A stretch of DNA of 64,000 nt. Origin: Balanoglossus misakiensis. Taxonomy: Eukaryota; Animalia; Hemichordata. The notes below the pieces were generated by a model that saw nothing but the letters and a program-made list of their open reading frames with translations, made no database searches and was not told where the DNA came from. This document shows positions 63,810 to 64,000 of this stretch, in pieces. Position 1 is the stretch's first letter. Every line of letters starts with the position of its first letter. Made by a program: the position numbers and the translations under genes. The stretch spans positions 582,518 to 646,517 of the forward strand of contig CM082591.2 in the NCBI GenBank assembly GCA_040954595.2, written 5' to 3'.

Positions 63810-64000
63810 ATCCCAGAGACTGGACTAACGACGACGTAATCACGTGGTTGCAATTAACATGCCGGAATTATGGGATGGCTCCAGTGGACCTGTCGAAATT
63901 TCAAATGAACGGCCGAGGATTGGCCTTTCTGCTTCGTCATCATTTCGTGGCCAGAACGCCCTCTAAAGCTCAAGGGGAACATCTCTTTAACGACTACAGA
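63810..64000 (+). CDS. SAM/Pointed (PNT) domain exon, Yan/TEL/Mae-like (continues beyond right edge; not in ORF track)
   Basis: Acceptor aaag|AT. Encodes (D)PRDWTNDDVITWLQLTCRNYGMAPVDLSKFQMNGRGLAFLLRHHFVARTPSKAQGEHLFNDYR, with PNT hallmarks DPxxW, DVxxWL and FxMNG. Confidence 0.88.

Overview
Eukaryotic, AT-rich, intron-containing genomic DNA. Gene content (H3/H4-type aminergic receptors, LMO1/3, CYP4) and repeat style suggest a marine invertebrate deuterostome such as a hemichordate or echinoderm; this is inference only. In order, the window holds: the first coding exon of a CYP4-clan P450 (minus strand, runs off the left edge); a two-exon H2A.X-type histone ending in SQEL (minus); an intronless histamine H3/H4-like GPCR (10.6-12.1 kb); an LMO1/3 (rhombotin/Beadex-type) LIM-only gene with three well-supported coding exons and two candidate alternative first exons, set in about 25 kb of motif-rich non-coding DNA; a 5'-truncated but uninterrupted non-LTR retrotransposon; two further intronless H3-like GPCR paralogs whose ligand pockets differ from the first; and the 5' part of a gene whose protein begins almost immediately with a SAM/Pointed domain resembling Drosophila Mae/Yan (runs off the right edge). 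The most notable items are the receptor trio with divergent pockets, the Mae-like SAM protein, the spliced Cys-containing H2A.X, the alternative LMO first exons and repeated RFX X-boxes. No prokaryotic-type systems, CRISPR arrays or RNA genes were found. Homology calls rest on recalled motifs, not database searches.
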